A stretch of 64,000 nt of DNA from Paragordius varius (lineage: Eukaryota; Animalia; Nematomorpha). The position numbers were made by a program, and so were the translations under genes. The stretch's first letter is position 1, and each line of letters begins with the position of its first letter. The notes beneath the pieces are model-generated. The model did not search any database and was not told the origin of the DNA. It saw only the letters and a program-made list of their open reading frames with translations. The stretch is taken from the NCBI GenBank assembly GCA_964247055.1, contig OZ176052.1, forward strand, positions 13,516,001-13,580,000, read 5' to 3'. Below are positions 27,601 through 42,611 of the stretch, one piece after another.

Positions 27601-28003
27601 GCTACCCAAAAAAAATTATGGCGACATCACCTGATCAAATTTGGATTTTAGGTAGCCATTTTTATTTTTAAAATCGTATAAAATAAATTTTTTAAATATT
27701 TAAAAAATTCATAAAAATTACATTTATAGTCCGATCCCCAAAGTATTCGGGGTGATGATGGAACTACCATAGGGCTACCCAAAAAAAATTATGGCGACAT
27801 CACCTGATCAAATTTGGATTTTAGGTAGCCATTTTTATTTTTAAAATCGTATAAAATAAATTTTTTAAATATTTAAAAAATTCAAAAAAATTACATTTAT
27901 ACTCCGATCTCGACAATATTTGGGTTGATGATGGAACTACCATAGGGCTACCCAAAAAAAATTATGGTGACATCACCTGATCAAATTTGGATTTTAGGTA
28001 GCC

Positions 28004-30064
28004 ATTTTTATTTTTAAAATCGTATAAAATAAATTTTTTAAATATTTAAAAAATTCATAAAAATTACATTTATAGTCCGATCCCCAAAGTATTCGGGGTG
28101 ATGATGGAACTACCATAGGGCTACCCAAAAAAATTATGGTGACATCACCTGATCAAATTTGGATTTTAGGTAGCCATTTTTATTTTTAAAATCGTATAAA
28201 ATAAATAAATATTTAAAAAATTCATAAAAATTACATTTATTGTCCGATCCACAAAATATTTGGGGTGATGATGGAACTACCATAGGGCTACCCAAAAAAA
28301 ATATGGCGACATCACCTGATCAAATTTGGATTTTAGGTAGCCATTTTTATTTTTAAAATCGTATAAAATAAATTTTTTAAATATTTAAAAAATTCATAAA
28401 AATTACATTTATAGTCCGATCCCCAAAATATTTGGGGTGATGATGGAACTACCATAGGGCTACCCAAAAAAATTATAGTGACATCACCTGATCAAATTTG
28501 GATTTTAGGTAGCCATTTTTATTTTTAAAATCGTATAAAATAAATTTTTTAAATATTTAAAAAATTCATAAAAATTACATTTATACTCCGATCTCGAAAA
28601 TATTTGGGGTGATGATGGAACTACCATAGGGCTACCCAAAAAAAATTATGGTGACATCACCTGATCAAATTTGGATTTTAGGTAGCCATTTTTATTTTTA
28701 AAATCGTATAAAATAAATTTTTTAAATATTTAAAAAATTCATAAATATTACATTTATAGTCCGATCCCCAAAATATTTGGGGTGATGATGGAACTACCAT
28801 AGGGCTACCCAAAAAAAATTATGGTGACATCACCTGATCAAATTTAGATTTTAGGTAGCCATTTTTATTTTTAAAATCGTATAAAATAAATTTTTTAAAT
28901 ATTTAAAAAATTCAAAAAAATTACATTTATACTCCGATCTCGACAATATTTGGGGTGATGATGGAACTACCATAGGGCTACCCAAAAAAAATTATGGTGA
29001 CATCACCTGATCAAATTTGGATTTTAGGTAGCCATTTTTATTTTTAAAATCGTATAAAATAAATTTTTTAAATATTTAAAAAATTCATAAAAATTACATT
29101 TATAGTCCGATCCCCAAAGTATTCGGGGTGATGATGGAACTACCATAGGGCTACCCAAAAAAAATTATGGTGACATCACCTGATCAAATTTGGATTTTAG
29201 GTAGCCATTTTTATTTTTAAAATCGTATAAAATAAATAAATATTTAAAAAATTCATAAAAATTACATTTATTGTCCGATCCACAAAATATTTGGGGTGAT
29301 GATGGAACTACCATAGGGCTACCCAAAAAAAATATGGCGACATCACCTGATCAAATTTGGATTTTAGGTAGCCATTTTTATTTTTAAAATCGTATAAAAT
29401 AAATTTTTTAAATATTTAAAAAATTCATAAAAATTACATTTATAGTCCGATCCCCAAAATATTTGGGGTGATGATGGAACTACCATAGGGCTACCCAAAA
29501 AAATTATAGTGACATCACCTGATCAAATTTGGATTTTAGGTAGCCATTTTTATTTTTAAAATCGTATAAAATAAATTTTTTAAATATTTAAAAAATTCAT
29601 AAAAATTACATTTATACTCCGATCTCGAAAATATTTGGGGTGATGATGGAACTACCATAGGGCTACCCAAAAAAAATTATGGTGACATCACCTGATCAAA
29701 TTTGGATTTTAGGTAGCCATTTTTATTTTTAAAATCGTATAAAATAAATTTTTTAAATATTTAAAAAATTCATAAATATTACATTTATAGTCCGATCCCC
29801 AAAATATTTGGGGTGATGATGGAACTACCATAGGGCTACCCAAAAAAAATTATGGTGACATCACCTGATCAAATTTAGATTTTAGGTAGCCATTTTTATT
29901 TTTAAAATCGTATAAAATAAATTTTTTAAATATTTAAAAAATTCAAAAAAATTACATTTATACTCCGATCTCGACAATATTTGGGGTGATGATGGAACTA
30001 CCATAGGGCTACCCAAAAAAAATTATGGTGACATCACCTGATGAAATTTGGATTTTAGGTAGCC
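28004..30064. repeat. 6-monomer HOR, two tandem copies (28004-29033 and 29034-30064)
   Basis: Shared ordered markers: AAAGTATTCGGGG; 5-bp deletion ATAAATAAATATTT with TTGTCCGATCCAC and AAAATATGGCG; CATAAATATTAC with AATTTAGATT; CGACAAT. Offset is 1030-1031 bp. Confidence 0.93.
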
Positions 30065-33000
30065 ATTTTTATTTTTAAAATCGTATAAAATAAATTTTTT
30101 AAATATTTAAAAAATTCATAAAAATTACATTTATACTCCGATCTCGAAAATATTTGGGGTGATGATGGAAGTACCATAGGGTTACCCAAAAAAAATTATG
30201 GTGACATCACCTGATCAAATTTGGATTTTAGGTAGCCATTTTTATTTTTAAAATCGTATAAAATAAATTTTTTAAATATTTAAAAAATTCATAAAAATTA
30301 CATTTATACTCCGATCTCGAAAATATTTGGGGTGATGATGGAACTACCATAGGGCTACCAAAAAAAAATTATGGTGACATCACCTGATCAAATTTGGATT
30401 TTAGGTAGCCATTTTTATTTTTAAAATCGTATAAAATAAATTTTTTAAATATTTAAAAAATTCATAAAAATTACATTTATACTCCGATCTCGAAAATATT
30501 TGGGGTGATGATGGAACTACCATAGGGCTACCCAAAAAAAATTATGGTGACATCACCTGATCAAATTTGGATTTTAGGTAGCCATTTTTATTTTTAAAAT
30601 CGTATAAAATAAATTTTTTAAATATTTAAAAAATTTATAAAAATTACATTTATAGTCCGATCCCCAAAGTATTTGGGGTGATGATGGAACTACCATAGGG
30701 CTACGTAAAAAAAATTATGGCGACATCACCTGATCAAATTTGGATTTTAGGTAGCCATTTTTATTTTTAAAATCGTATAAAATAAATTTTTTAAATATTT
30801 AAAAAATTCATAAAAATTACATTTATAGTCCGATCCCCAAAATATTTGGGGTGATGATGGAACTATCATAGGGCTACCCAAAAAAATTATGGTGACATCA
30901 CCTGATCAAATTTGGATTTTAGGTAGCCATTTTTATTTTTAAAATCGTATAAAATAAATTTTTTAAATATTTAAAAAATTCATAAAAATTACATTTATAG
31001 TCCGATCCCCAAAGTATTTGGGGTGATGATGGAACTACCATAGGGCTACCCAAAAAAAATTATGGTGACATCACCTGATCAAATTTGGATTTTAAGTAGC
31101 CATTTTTATTTTTAAAATCGTATAAAATAAATTTTTTAAATATTTAAAAAATTCATAAAAATTACATTTATACTCCGATCTCGAAAATATTTGGGGTGAT
31201 GATGGAACTACCATAGGGCTACCCAAAAAAAATTATGGCGACATCACCTGATCAAATTTGGATTTTAGGTAGCCATTTTTATTTTTAAAATCGTATAAAA
31301 TAAATTTTTTAAATAATTAAAAAATTCATAAAAATTACATTTATACTCCGATCTCGAAAATATTTGGGGTGATGATGGAACTACCATAGGGCTACCCAAA
31401 ATAGTGACATCACCTGATCAAATTTGGATTTTAGGTAGCCATTTTTATTTTTAAAATCGTATAAAATAAATTTTTTAAATATTTAAAAAATTCATAAAAA
31501 TTACATTTATAGTCCGATCCCCAAAATATTTGGGGTGATGATGAAACTACCATAGGGCTACGCAAAAAAAATTATGGCGACATCACCTGATCAAATTTGG
31601 ATTTTAGGTAGCCATTTTTATTTTTAAAATCATATAAAATAAATTTTTTAAATATTTAAAAAATTCAAAAAAATTACATTTATACTCCGATCTCGACAAT
31701 ATTTGGGGTGATGATGGAATTACCATAGGGCTACCCAAAAAAACTATGGTGACATCACCTGATCAAATTTGGATTTTAGGTAGCCATTTTTATTTTTAAT
31801 ATCGTATAAAATAAATTTTTTAAATATTTAAAAAATTCATAAAAATTACATTTATTCTCCGATCTCGAAAATATTTGGGGTGATGATGGAACTACCATAG
31901 GGCTACCCAAAAAAAATTATGGTGAAATCACCTGATCAAATTTGGATTTTAGGTAGCCATTTTTATTTTTAAAATCGTATAAAATAAATTTTTTAAATAA
32001 TTAAAAAATTCATAAAAATTACATTTATACTCCGATCTCGAAAATATTTGGGGTGATGATGGAACTACCATAGGGCTACCCAAAATAGTGACATCACCTG
32101 ATCAAATTTGGATTTTAGGTAGCCATTTTTATTTTTAAAATCGTATAAAATAAATTTTTTAAATATTTAAAAAATTCATAAAAATTACATTTATAGTCCG
32201 ATCCCCAAAATATTTGGGGTGATGATGGAACTACCATAGGGCTACCCAAAAAAATTATAGTGACATCACTTGATCAAATTTGGATTTTAGGTAGCCATTT
32301 TTATTTTTAAAATCGTATAAAATAAATTTTTTAAATATTTTAAAAATTCATAAAAATTACATTTATACTCCGATCTCGAAAATATTTGGGGTGATGATGG
32401 AATTACCATAGGGCTACCCAAAAAAACTATGGTGACATCACCTGATCAAATTTGGATTTTAGGTAGCCATTTTTATTTTTAATATCGTATAAAATAAATT
32501 TTTTAAATATTTAAAAAATTCATAAAAATTACATTTATACTCCGATCTCGAAAATATTTGGGGTGATGATGGAACTACCATAGGGCTACCCAAAAAAAAT
32601 TATGGTGAAATCACCTGATCAAATTTGGATTTTAGGTAGCCATTTTTATTTTTAAAATCATATAAAATAAATTTTTTAAATATTTAAAAAATTCAAAAAA
32701 ATTACATTTATACTCCGATCTCGACAATATTTGGGGTGATGATGGAATTACCATAGGGCTACCCAAAAAAACTATGGTGACATCACCTGATCAAATTTGG
32801 ATTTTAGGTAGCCATTTTTATTTTTAATATCGTATAAAATAAATTTTTTAAATATTTAAAAAATTCATAAAAATTACATTTATACTCCGATCTCGAAAAT
32901 ATTTGGGGTGATGATGGAACTACCATAGGGCTACCCAAAAAAAATTATGGTGAAATCACCTGATCAAATTTGGATTTTAGGTAGCCATTTTTATTTTTAA

Positions 33001-36000
33001 AATCGTATAAAATAAATTTTTTAAATATTTAAAAAATTCATAAAAATTACATTTATACTCCGATCTCGAAAATATTTGGGGTGATGATGGAACTCCTATA
33101 GGGCTACCCAAAAAAAAATTTTGGCGACATCACCTGATCAAATTTGGATTTTAGGTAGCCTTTTTTATTTTTAAAATCGTATAAAATAAATTTTTTAAAT
33201 ATTTAAAAAATTCATAAAAATTACATTTATATTCCGATCTCGAAAATATTTGGGGTGATGATGGAACTACCATAGGGCTACCCAAAAAAAATTATGGCGA
33301 CATCACCTGATCAAATTTGGATTTTAGGTAGCCATTTTTATTTTTAAAATCGTATAAAATAAATTTTTTAAATATTTAAAAAATTCATAAAAATTACATT
33401 TATACTCCGATCTCGAAAATATTTGGGGTGATGATGGAACTACCATAGGGCTACCCAAAAAAAATTATGGTGACATCACCTGATCAAATTTGGATTTTAG
33501 GTAGCCATTTTTATTTTTAAAATCGTTTAAAATAAATTTTTTAAATATTTAAAAAATTCATAAAAATTACATTTATAGTCCGATCCCCAAAATATTTGGT
33601 GTGATGATGGAACTACCATAGGGCTACCCAAAAAAAAATTATGGTGACATCACCTGATCAAATTTGGATTTTAGGTAGCCATTTTTATTTTTAAAATCGT
33701 ATAAAATAAATTTTTTAAATATTTAAAAAATTCATAAAAATTACATTTATACTCCGATCTCGACAATATTTGGGGTGATGATGGAATTACCATAGGGCTA
33801 CCCAAAAGAGTGACATCACCTGATCAAATTTGGATTTTAGGTAGCCATTTTTATTTTTAAAATCGTATAAAATAAATTTTTTAAATATTTAAAAATTCAT
33901 AAAAATTATATTTATAGTCCGATCTCGAAAATATTTGGGGTGATGATGGAACTACCATAGGGCTACCCAAAAAAAATTATGGTGACATCACCTGATCAAA
34001 TTTGGATTTTAGGTAGCCATTTTTATTTTTAAAATCGTTTAAAATAAATTTTTTAAATATTTAAAAAATTCATAAAAATTACATTTATAGTCCGATCCCC
34101 AAAATATTTGGGGTGATGATGAAACTACCAAAGGGCTACGCAAAAAAAATTATGGCGACATCACCTGATCAAATTTGGATTTTAGGTAGCCATTTTTATT
34201 TTTAAAATCATATAAAATAAATTTTTTAAATATTTAAAAAATTCAAAAAAATTACATTTATACTCCGATCTCGACAATATTTGGGGTGATGATGGAATTA
34301 CCATAGGGCTACCCAAAAAAACTATGGTGACATCACCTGATCAAATTTGGATTTTAGGTAGCCATTTTTATTTTTAATATCGTATAAAATAAATTTTTTA
34401 AATATTTAAAAAATTCATAAAAATTACATTTATACTCCGATCTCGAAAATATTTGGGGTGATGATGGAACTACCATAGGGCTACCCAAAAAAAATTATGG
34501 TGAAATCACCTGATCAAATTTGGATTTTAGGTAGCCATTTTTATTTTTAAAATCGTATAAAATAAATTTTTTAAATATTTAAAAAATTCATAAAAATTAC
34601 ATTTATACTCCGATCTCGAAAATATTTGGGGTGATGATGGAACTCCTATAGGGCTACCCAAAAAAAAATTTTGGCGACATCACCTGATCAAATTTGGATT
34701 TTAGGTAGCCTTTTTTATTTTTAAAATCGTATAAAATAAATTTTTTAAATATTTAAAAAATTCATAAAAATTACATTTATATTCCGATCTCGAAAATATT
34801 TGGGGTGATGATGGAACTACCATAGGGCTACCCAAAAAAAATTATGGTGACATGACCTGATAAAATTTGGATTTTAGGTAGCCATTTTTATTTTTAAAAT
34901 CGTATAAAATAAATTTTTTAAATATTTAAAAAATTCATTAAAATTACATTTATACTCCGATCTCGAAAATATTTGGGGTGATGATGGAACTACCATAGGG
35001 CTACCCAAAAAAAATTATGGTGACATCACCTGATCAAATTTGGATTTGAGGTAGCCATTTTTATTTTTAAAATCGTATAAAATAATTTTTTTAAATATTT
35101 AAAAAATTCATAAAAATTACATTTATACTCCGATCTCGAAAATATTTGGGGTGATGATGGAACTACCATAGGGCTACCCAAAAAAAATTATGGTGACATC
35201 ACCTGATCAAATTTGGATTTTAGGTAGCCATTTTTATTTTTAAAATCGTATAAAATAAATTTTTTAAATATTTTAAAAATTCATAAAAATTACATTTATA
35301 CTCCGATCTCGAAAATATTTGCGGTGATGATGGAACTACCATAGGGCTACCCAAAAAAAATTATGGTGACATCACCTGATCAAATTTGGATTTTAGGTAG
35401 CCATTTATTAAATATTTTAAAAATTCAAAAAAATTACATTTAAAGTCCGATCTCAAAAATATTTGGGGTTATGATGGAACTACCATAGGGCTACCAAAAA
35501 TTATAGTGACATCACCTGATCAAATTTGGATTTTAGGTAGCCATTTTTATTTTTTAAATCGTATAAAATAAATTTTTTAAATATTTATAAAATTCATAAA
35601 AATTACATTTATACTCCGATCTCGAAAATATTTGGGGTGATGATGGAACTACCATAGGGCTACCCAAAAAGAATTATGGTGACATCACCTGATCAAATCG
35701 GGATTTTACGTAGCCATTTATATTTTTAAAATCGTATAAAATAAATTTTTTAAATATTTAAAAAATTCAAAAAAATTACATTTAAAGTCCGATCTCAAAA
35801 TATTTGGGGTTTTGATGGAACTACCATAGGGCTACCCAAAAAAAATTATGGCGACATCACCTGATCAAATTTGGATTTTAGGTAGCCATTTTTATTTTTA
35901 AAACCGTATAAAATAAATTTTTTAAATATTTAAAAAATTCAAAAAAATTACATTTATACTCCGATCTCGACAATATTTGGGGTGATGATGGAACTACCAT

Positions 36001-38305
36001 AGGGCTACCCAAAAAAAATATGGTGACATCACCTGATCAAATTTGGATTTTAGGTAGCCATTTTTATTTTGAAATCGTATAAAATAAATTTTTTAAATAT
36101 TTAAAAAATTCATAAAAATTACATTTATACTCCGATCTCGAAAATATTTGGGGTGATGATGGAACTACCATAGGGCTACCCAAAAAAAATTATGGTGACA
36201 TCACCTGATCAATTTGGATTTTAGGTAGCCATTTTTATTTTTAAAATCGTATAAAATAAATTTTTTAAATATTTAAAAAATTCAAAAAAATTACATTTAT
36301 ACTCCGATCTCGACAATATTTGGGGTGATGATGGAACTACCATAGAGCTACGCAAAAAAAATTATGGCGACATCACCTGATCAAATTTGGATTTTAGGTG
36401 GCCATTTTTATTTTTAAAATCGTATAAAATAAATTTTTTAAATATTTAAAAAATTCATAAAAATTACATTTATACTCCGATCTCGAAAATATTTGGGGTG
36501 ATGATGGAACTACCATAGGGCTACCCAAAAAAAATTATGGTGACATCACCTGATCAAATTTGGATTTTAGGTAGCCATTTTTATTTTTAAAATCGTATAA
36601 AATAAATTTTTTAAATATTTAAAAAATTCATAAAAATTACATTTATATTCCGATCCCCAAAATATTTGGGGTGATGATGCATCTACCATAGGGCTACCCA
36701 AAAAAATTATAGTGACATCACCTGATCAAATTTGGATTTTAGGTAGCCATTTTTATTTTTAAAATCGTATAAAATAAATTTTTTAAATATTTAAAAAATT
36801 CATAAAAATTACATTTATACTCCGATCTCGAAAATATTTGGGGTGATGATGGAACTACCATAGGGCTACCCAAAAAAAATTATGGTGACATCACCTGATC
36901 AAATTTGGATTTTAGGTAGCCATTTATATTTTTAAAATCGTATAAAATAAATTTTTTAAATATTTAAAAAATTCATAAAAATTACATTTATACTCCGATC
37001 TCGAAAATATTTGGGGTGATGATGGAACTACCATAGGGCTACCCAAAAAAAATTATGGTGACATGACCTGATCAAATTTGGATTTTAGGTAGCCATTTTT
37101 ATTTTTAAAATCGTATAAAATAAATTTTTTAAATATTTAAAAAATTCATTAAAATTACATTTATACTCCGATCTCGAAAATATTTGGGGTGATGAAGGAA
37201 CTACCATAGGGCTACCCAAAAAAAATTATGGTGACATCACCTGATCAAATTTGGATTTTAGGTAGCCATTTTTATTTTTAAAATCGTATAAAATAAATTT
37301 TTTAAATATTTAAAAAATTCATAAAAATTACATTTATACTCCGATCTCGAAAATATTTGGGGTGATGATGGAACTACCATAGGGCTACCCAAAAAAAATT
37401 ATGGTGACATCACCTGATCAAATTTGGATTTTAGGTAGCCATTTATATTTTTAAAATCGTATAAAATAAATTTTTTAAATATTTTAAAAATTCAAAAAAA
37501 TTACATTTAAAGTCCGATCTCAAAAATATTTGGGGTTATGATGGAACTACCATAGGGCTACCCAAAAAAAATTATGGCGACATCACCTGATCAAATTTGG
37601 ATTTTAGGTAGCCATTTTTATTTTTAAAATCGTATAAAATAAATTTTTTAAATATTTAAAAAATTCATAAAAATTACATTTATACTCCGATCTCGAAAAT
37701 ATTTGGGGTGATGATGGAACTACCATAGGGCTACCCAAAAAAAATTATGGTGACATCACCTGATCAAATTTGGATTTTAGGTAGCCATTTTTATTTTTAA
37801 AATCGTATAAAATAAATTTTTTAAATATTTAAAAAATTCATAAAAATTACATTTATACTCCGATCTCGAAAATATTTGGGGTGATGATGGAACTACCATA
37901 GGGCTACCCAAAAAAAATTATGGTGACATCACCTGATCAAATTTGGATTTGAGGTAGCCATTTTTATTTTTAAAATCGTATAAAATAAATTTTTTAAATA
38001 TTTTAAAAATTCAAAAAAATTACATTTAAAGTCCGATCTCAAAAATATTTGGGGTTATGATGGAACTACCATAGGGCTACCCAAAAAAAATTATGGTGAC
38101 ATCACCTGATCAAATTTGGATTTTAGGTAGCCATTTTTATTTTTAAAATCGTATAAAATAAATTTTTTAAATATATAAAAAATTCATAAAAATTACATTT
38201 ATAGTCCGATCCCCAAAATATTTGGGGTGATGATGGAACTACCATAGGGCTACCCAAAAAAAATTATGGTGACATCACCTGATCAAATTTGGATTTTAGG
38301 TAGCC

Positions 38306-41300
38306 ATTTTTATTTTTAAAATCGTATAAAATAAATTTTTTAAATATTTAAAAAATTCATAAAAATTACATTTATATTCCGATCCCCAAAATATTTGGGG
38401 TGATGATGGATCTACCATAGGGCTACCCAAAAAAATTATAGTGACATCACCTGATCAAATTTGGATTTTAGGTAGCCATTTTTATTTTTAAAATCGTATA
38501 AAATAAATTTTTTAATTATTTAAAAAATTCATAAAAATTACATTTATACTCCGATCTCGAAAATATTTGGGGTGATGATGGAACTACCATAGGGCTACCC
38601 AAAAAAAATTATGGTGACATCACCTGATCAAATTTGGATTTTAGGTAGCCATTTATATTTTTAAAATCGTATAAAATAAATTTTTTAAATATTTAAAAAA
38701 TTCAAAAAAATTACATTTAAAGTCAGATCTCAAAAATATTTGGGGTTATGATGGAACTACCATAGGGCTACCCAAAAAAAATTATGGCGACATCACCTGA
38801 TCAAATTTGGATTTTAGGTAGCCATTTTTATTTTTAAAATCGTATAAAATAAATTTTTTAAATATTTAAAAAATTCAAAAAAATTACATTTATACTCCGA
38901 TCTCGACAAATTTGGGGTGATGATGGAACTACCATAGGGCTACCCAAAAAAAATATGGTGACATCACCTGATCAAATTTGGATTTTAGGTAGCCATTTTT
39001 ATTTTTAAAATCGTATAAAATAAATTTTTTAAATATTTAAAAAATTCATAAAAATTACATTAATACTCCGATCTCGAAAATATTTGGGGTGATGATGGAA
39101 CTACCATAGGGCTACCCAAAAAAAATTATGGTGACATCACCTGATCAAATTTGGATTTTAGGTAGCCATTTTTATTTTTAAAATCGTATAAAATAAATTT
39201 TTTAAATATTTAAAAAATTCAAAAAAATTACATTTATACTCCGATCTCGACAATATTTGGGGTGATGATGGAACTACCATAGAGCTACGCAAAAAAAATT
39301 ATGGCGACATCACCTGATCAAATTTGGATTTTAGGTAGCCATTTTTATTTTTAAAATCGTATAAAATAAATTTTTTAAATATTTAAAAAATTCATAAAAA
39401 TTACATTTATAATCCGATCTCGAAAATATTTGGGGTGATGATGGAACTACCATAGGGCTACCCAAAAAAAATTATGGTGACATCACCTGATCAAATTTGG
39501 ATTTGCCATTTATATTTTTAAAATCGTATAAAATAAATTTTTTAAATATTTTAAAAATTCAAAAAAATTACATTTAAAGTCCGATCTCAAAAATATTTGG
39601 GGTTATGATGGAACTACCATAGGGCTACCCAAAAAAAATTATGGCGACATCACCTGATCAAATTTGGATTTTAGGTAGCCATTTTTATTTTTAAAATGGT
39701 ATAAAATAAATTTTTTAAATATTTTAAAAATTCAAAAAAATTACATTTAAAGTCCGATCTCAAAAATATTTGGGGTTATGATGGAACTACCATAGCGCTA
39801 CCCAAAAAAAATTATGGTGACATCACCTGATCAAATTTGGATTTTAAGTAGCCATTTTTATTTTTAAAATCGTATAAAATAAATTTTTTAAATATTTAAA
39901 AAATTCATAAAAATTACATTTATACTCCGATCTCGAAAATATTTGGGGTGATGATGGAACTACCATAGGGCTACCCAAAAAAAATTATGGTGACATCACC
40001 TGATCAAATTTGGATTATAAGTAGCCATTTTTATTTTTAAAATCGTATAAATCAAATTTTTTAAATATTTTAAAAATTCAAAAAAATTACATTTAAAGTC
40101 CGATCTCGAAAATATTTGGGGTGATGATGGAACTACCATAGGGCTACCCAAAAAAAATTATGGCGACATCACCTGATCAAATTTGGATTTTAGGTAGCCA
40201 TTTTTATTTTTAAAATCGTATAAAATAAATTTTTTAAATATTTAAAAAATTCATAAAAATTACATTTATATTCCGATCCCCAAAATATTTGGGGTGATGA
40301 TGGATCTACCATAGGGCTACCCAAAAAAATTATAGTGACATCACCTGATCAAATTTGGATTTTAGGTAGCCATTTTTATTTTTAAAATCGTATAAAATAA
40401 ATTTTTTAATTATTTAAAAAATTCATAAAAATTACATTTATACTCCGATCTCGAAAATATTTGGGGTGATGATGGAACTACCATAGGGCTACCCAAAAAA
40501 AATTATGGTGACATCACCTGATCAAATTTGGATTTTAGGTAGCCATTTATATTTTTAAAATCGTATAAAATAAATTTTTTAAATATTTAAAAAATTCAAA
40601 AAAATTACATTTAAAGTCAGATCTCAAAAATATTTGGGGTTATGATGGAACTACCATAGGGCTACCCAAAAAAAATTATGGCGACATCACCTGATCAAAT
40701 TTGGATTTTAGGTAGCCATTTTTATTTTTAAAATCGTATAAAATAAATTTTTTAAATATTTAAAAAATTCAAAAAAATTACATTTATACTCCGATCTCGA
40801 CAAATTTGGGGTGATGATGGAACTACCATAGGGCTACCCAAAAAAAATATGGTGACATCACCTGATCAAATTTGGATTTTAGGTAGCCATTTTTATTTTT
40901 AAAATCGTATAAAATAAATTTTTTAAATATTTAAAAAATTCATAAAAATTACATTAATACTCCGATCTCGAAAATATTTGGGGTGATGATGGAACTACCA
41001 TAGGGCTACCCAAAAAAAATTATGGTGACATCACCTGATCAAATTTGGATTTTAGGTAGCCATTTTTATTTTTAAAATCGTATAAAATAAATTTTTTAAA
41101 TATTTAAAAAATTCAAAAAAATTACATTTATACTCCGATCTCGACAATATTTGGGGTGATGATGGAACTACCATAGAGCTACGCAAAAAAAATTATGGCG
41201 ACATCACCTGATCAAATTTGGATTTTAGGTAGCCATTTTTATTTTTAAAATCGTATAAAATAAATTTTTTATATATTTAAAAAATTCATAAAAATTACAT

Positions 41301-42093
41301 TTATAATCCGATCTCGAAAATATTTGGGGTGATGATGGAACTACCATAGGGCTACCCAAAAAAAATTATGGTGACATCACCTGATCAAATTTGGATTTGC
41401 CATTTATATTTTTAAAATCGTATAAAATAAATTTTTTAAATATTTTAAAAATTCAAAAAAATTACATTTAAAGTCCGATCTCAAAAATATTTGGGGTTAT
41501 GATGGAACTACCATAGGGCTACCCAAAAAAAATTATGGCGACATCACCTGATCAAATTTGGATTTTAGGTAGCCATTTTTATTTTTAAAATGGTATAAAA
41601 TAAATTTTTTAAATATTTTAAAAATTCAAAAAAATTACATTTAAAGTCCGATCTCAAAAATATTTGGGGTTATGATGGAACTACCATAGCGCTACCCAAA
41701 AAAAATTATGGTGACATCACCTGATCAAATTTGGATTTTAAGTAGCCATTTTTATTTTTAAAATCGTATAAAATAAATTTTTTAAATATTTAAAAAATTC
41801 ATAAAAATTACATTTATACTCCGATCTCGAAAATATTTGGGGTGATGATGGAACTACCATAGGGCTACCCAAAAAAAATTATGGTGACATCACCTGATCA
41901 AATTTGGATTATAAGTAGCCATTTTTATTTTTAAAATCGTATAAATCAAATTTTTTAAATATTTTAAAAATTCAAAAAAATTACATTTAAAGTCCGATCT
42001 CGAAAATATTTGGGGTGATGATGGAACTACCATAGGGCTACCCAAAAAAAATTATGGCGACATCACCTGATCAAATTTGGATTTGAGGTAGCC
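38306..42093. repeat. 11-monomer HOR, two tandem copies of 1894 bp (38306-40199 and 40200-42093)
   Basis: Shared ordered markers: TTTTAATTATTT, AAGTCAGATC, CGACAAATTT, CATTAATAC, AGAGCTACGC, the 6-bp deletion GGATTTGCC (39501/41395), AAATGGTATA, ATAGCGCTAC and GGATTATAAGT. The offset is a constant 1894 bp. Confidence 0.95.
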
Positions 42094-42611
42094 ATTTTTA
42101 TTTTTAAAATCGTATAAATCAAATTTTTTAAATATTTTAAAAATTCAAAAAAATTACATTTATAGTCCGATCCCCAAAATATTTGGGGTTATGATGGAAC
42201 TACCATAGGGCTACCCAAAAAAAATTATGGCGACATCACCTGATCAAATTTGGATTTTAGGTAGCCATTTTTATTTTTAAAATCGTATAAAATAAATTTT
42301 TTAAATATTTAAAAAATTCAAAAAAATTACATTTATAGTCCGATCCCCAAAATATTTGGGGTGATGATGGAACTACCATAGGGCTACCCAAAAAAAATTA
42401 TGGTGACATCACCTGATCAAATTTGGATTTTAGGTAGCCATTTTTATTTTTAAAATCGTATAAAATAAATTTTTTAAATATTTAAAAAATTCAAAAAAAT
42501 TACATTTATAGTCCGATCCCCAAAATATTTGGGGTGATGATGGATTTACCATAGGGCTACCCAAAAAAATTATAGTGACATCACCTGATCAAATTTGGAT
42601 TTTAGGTAGCC

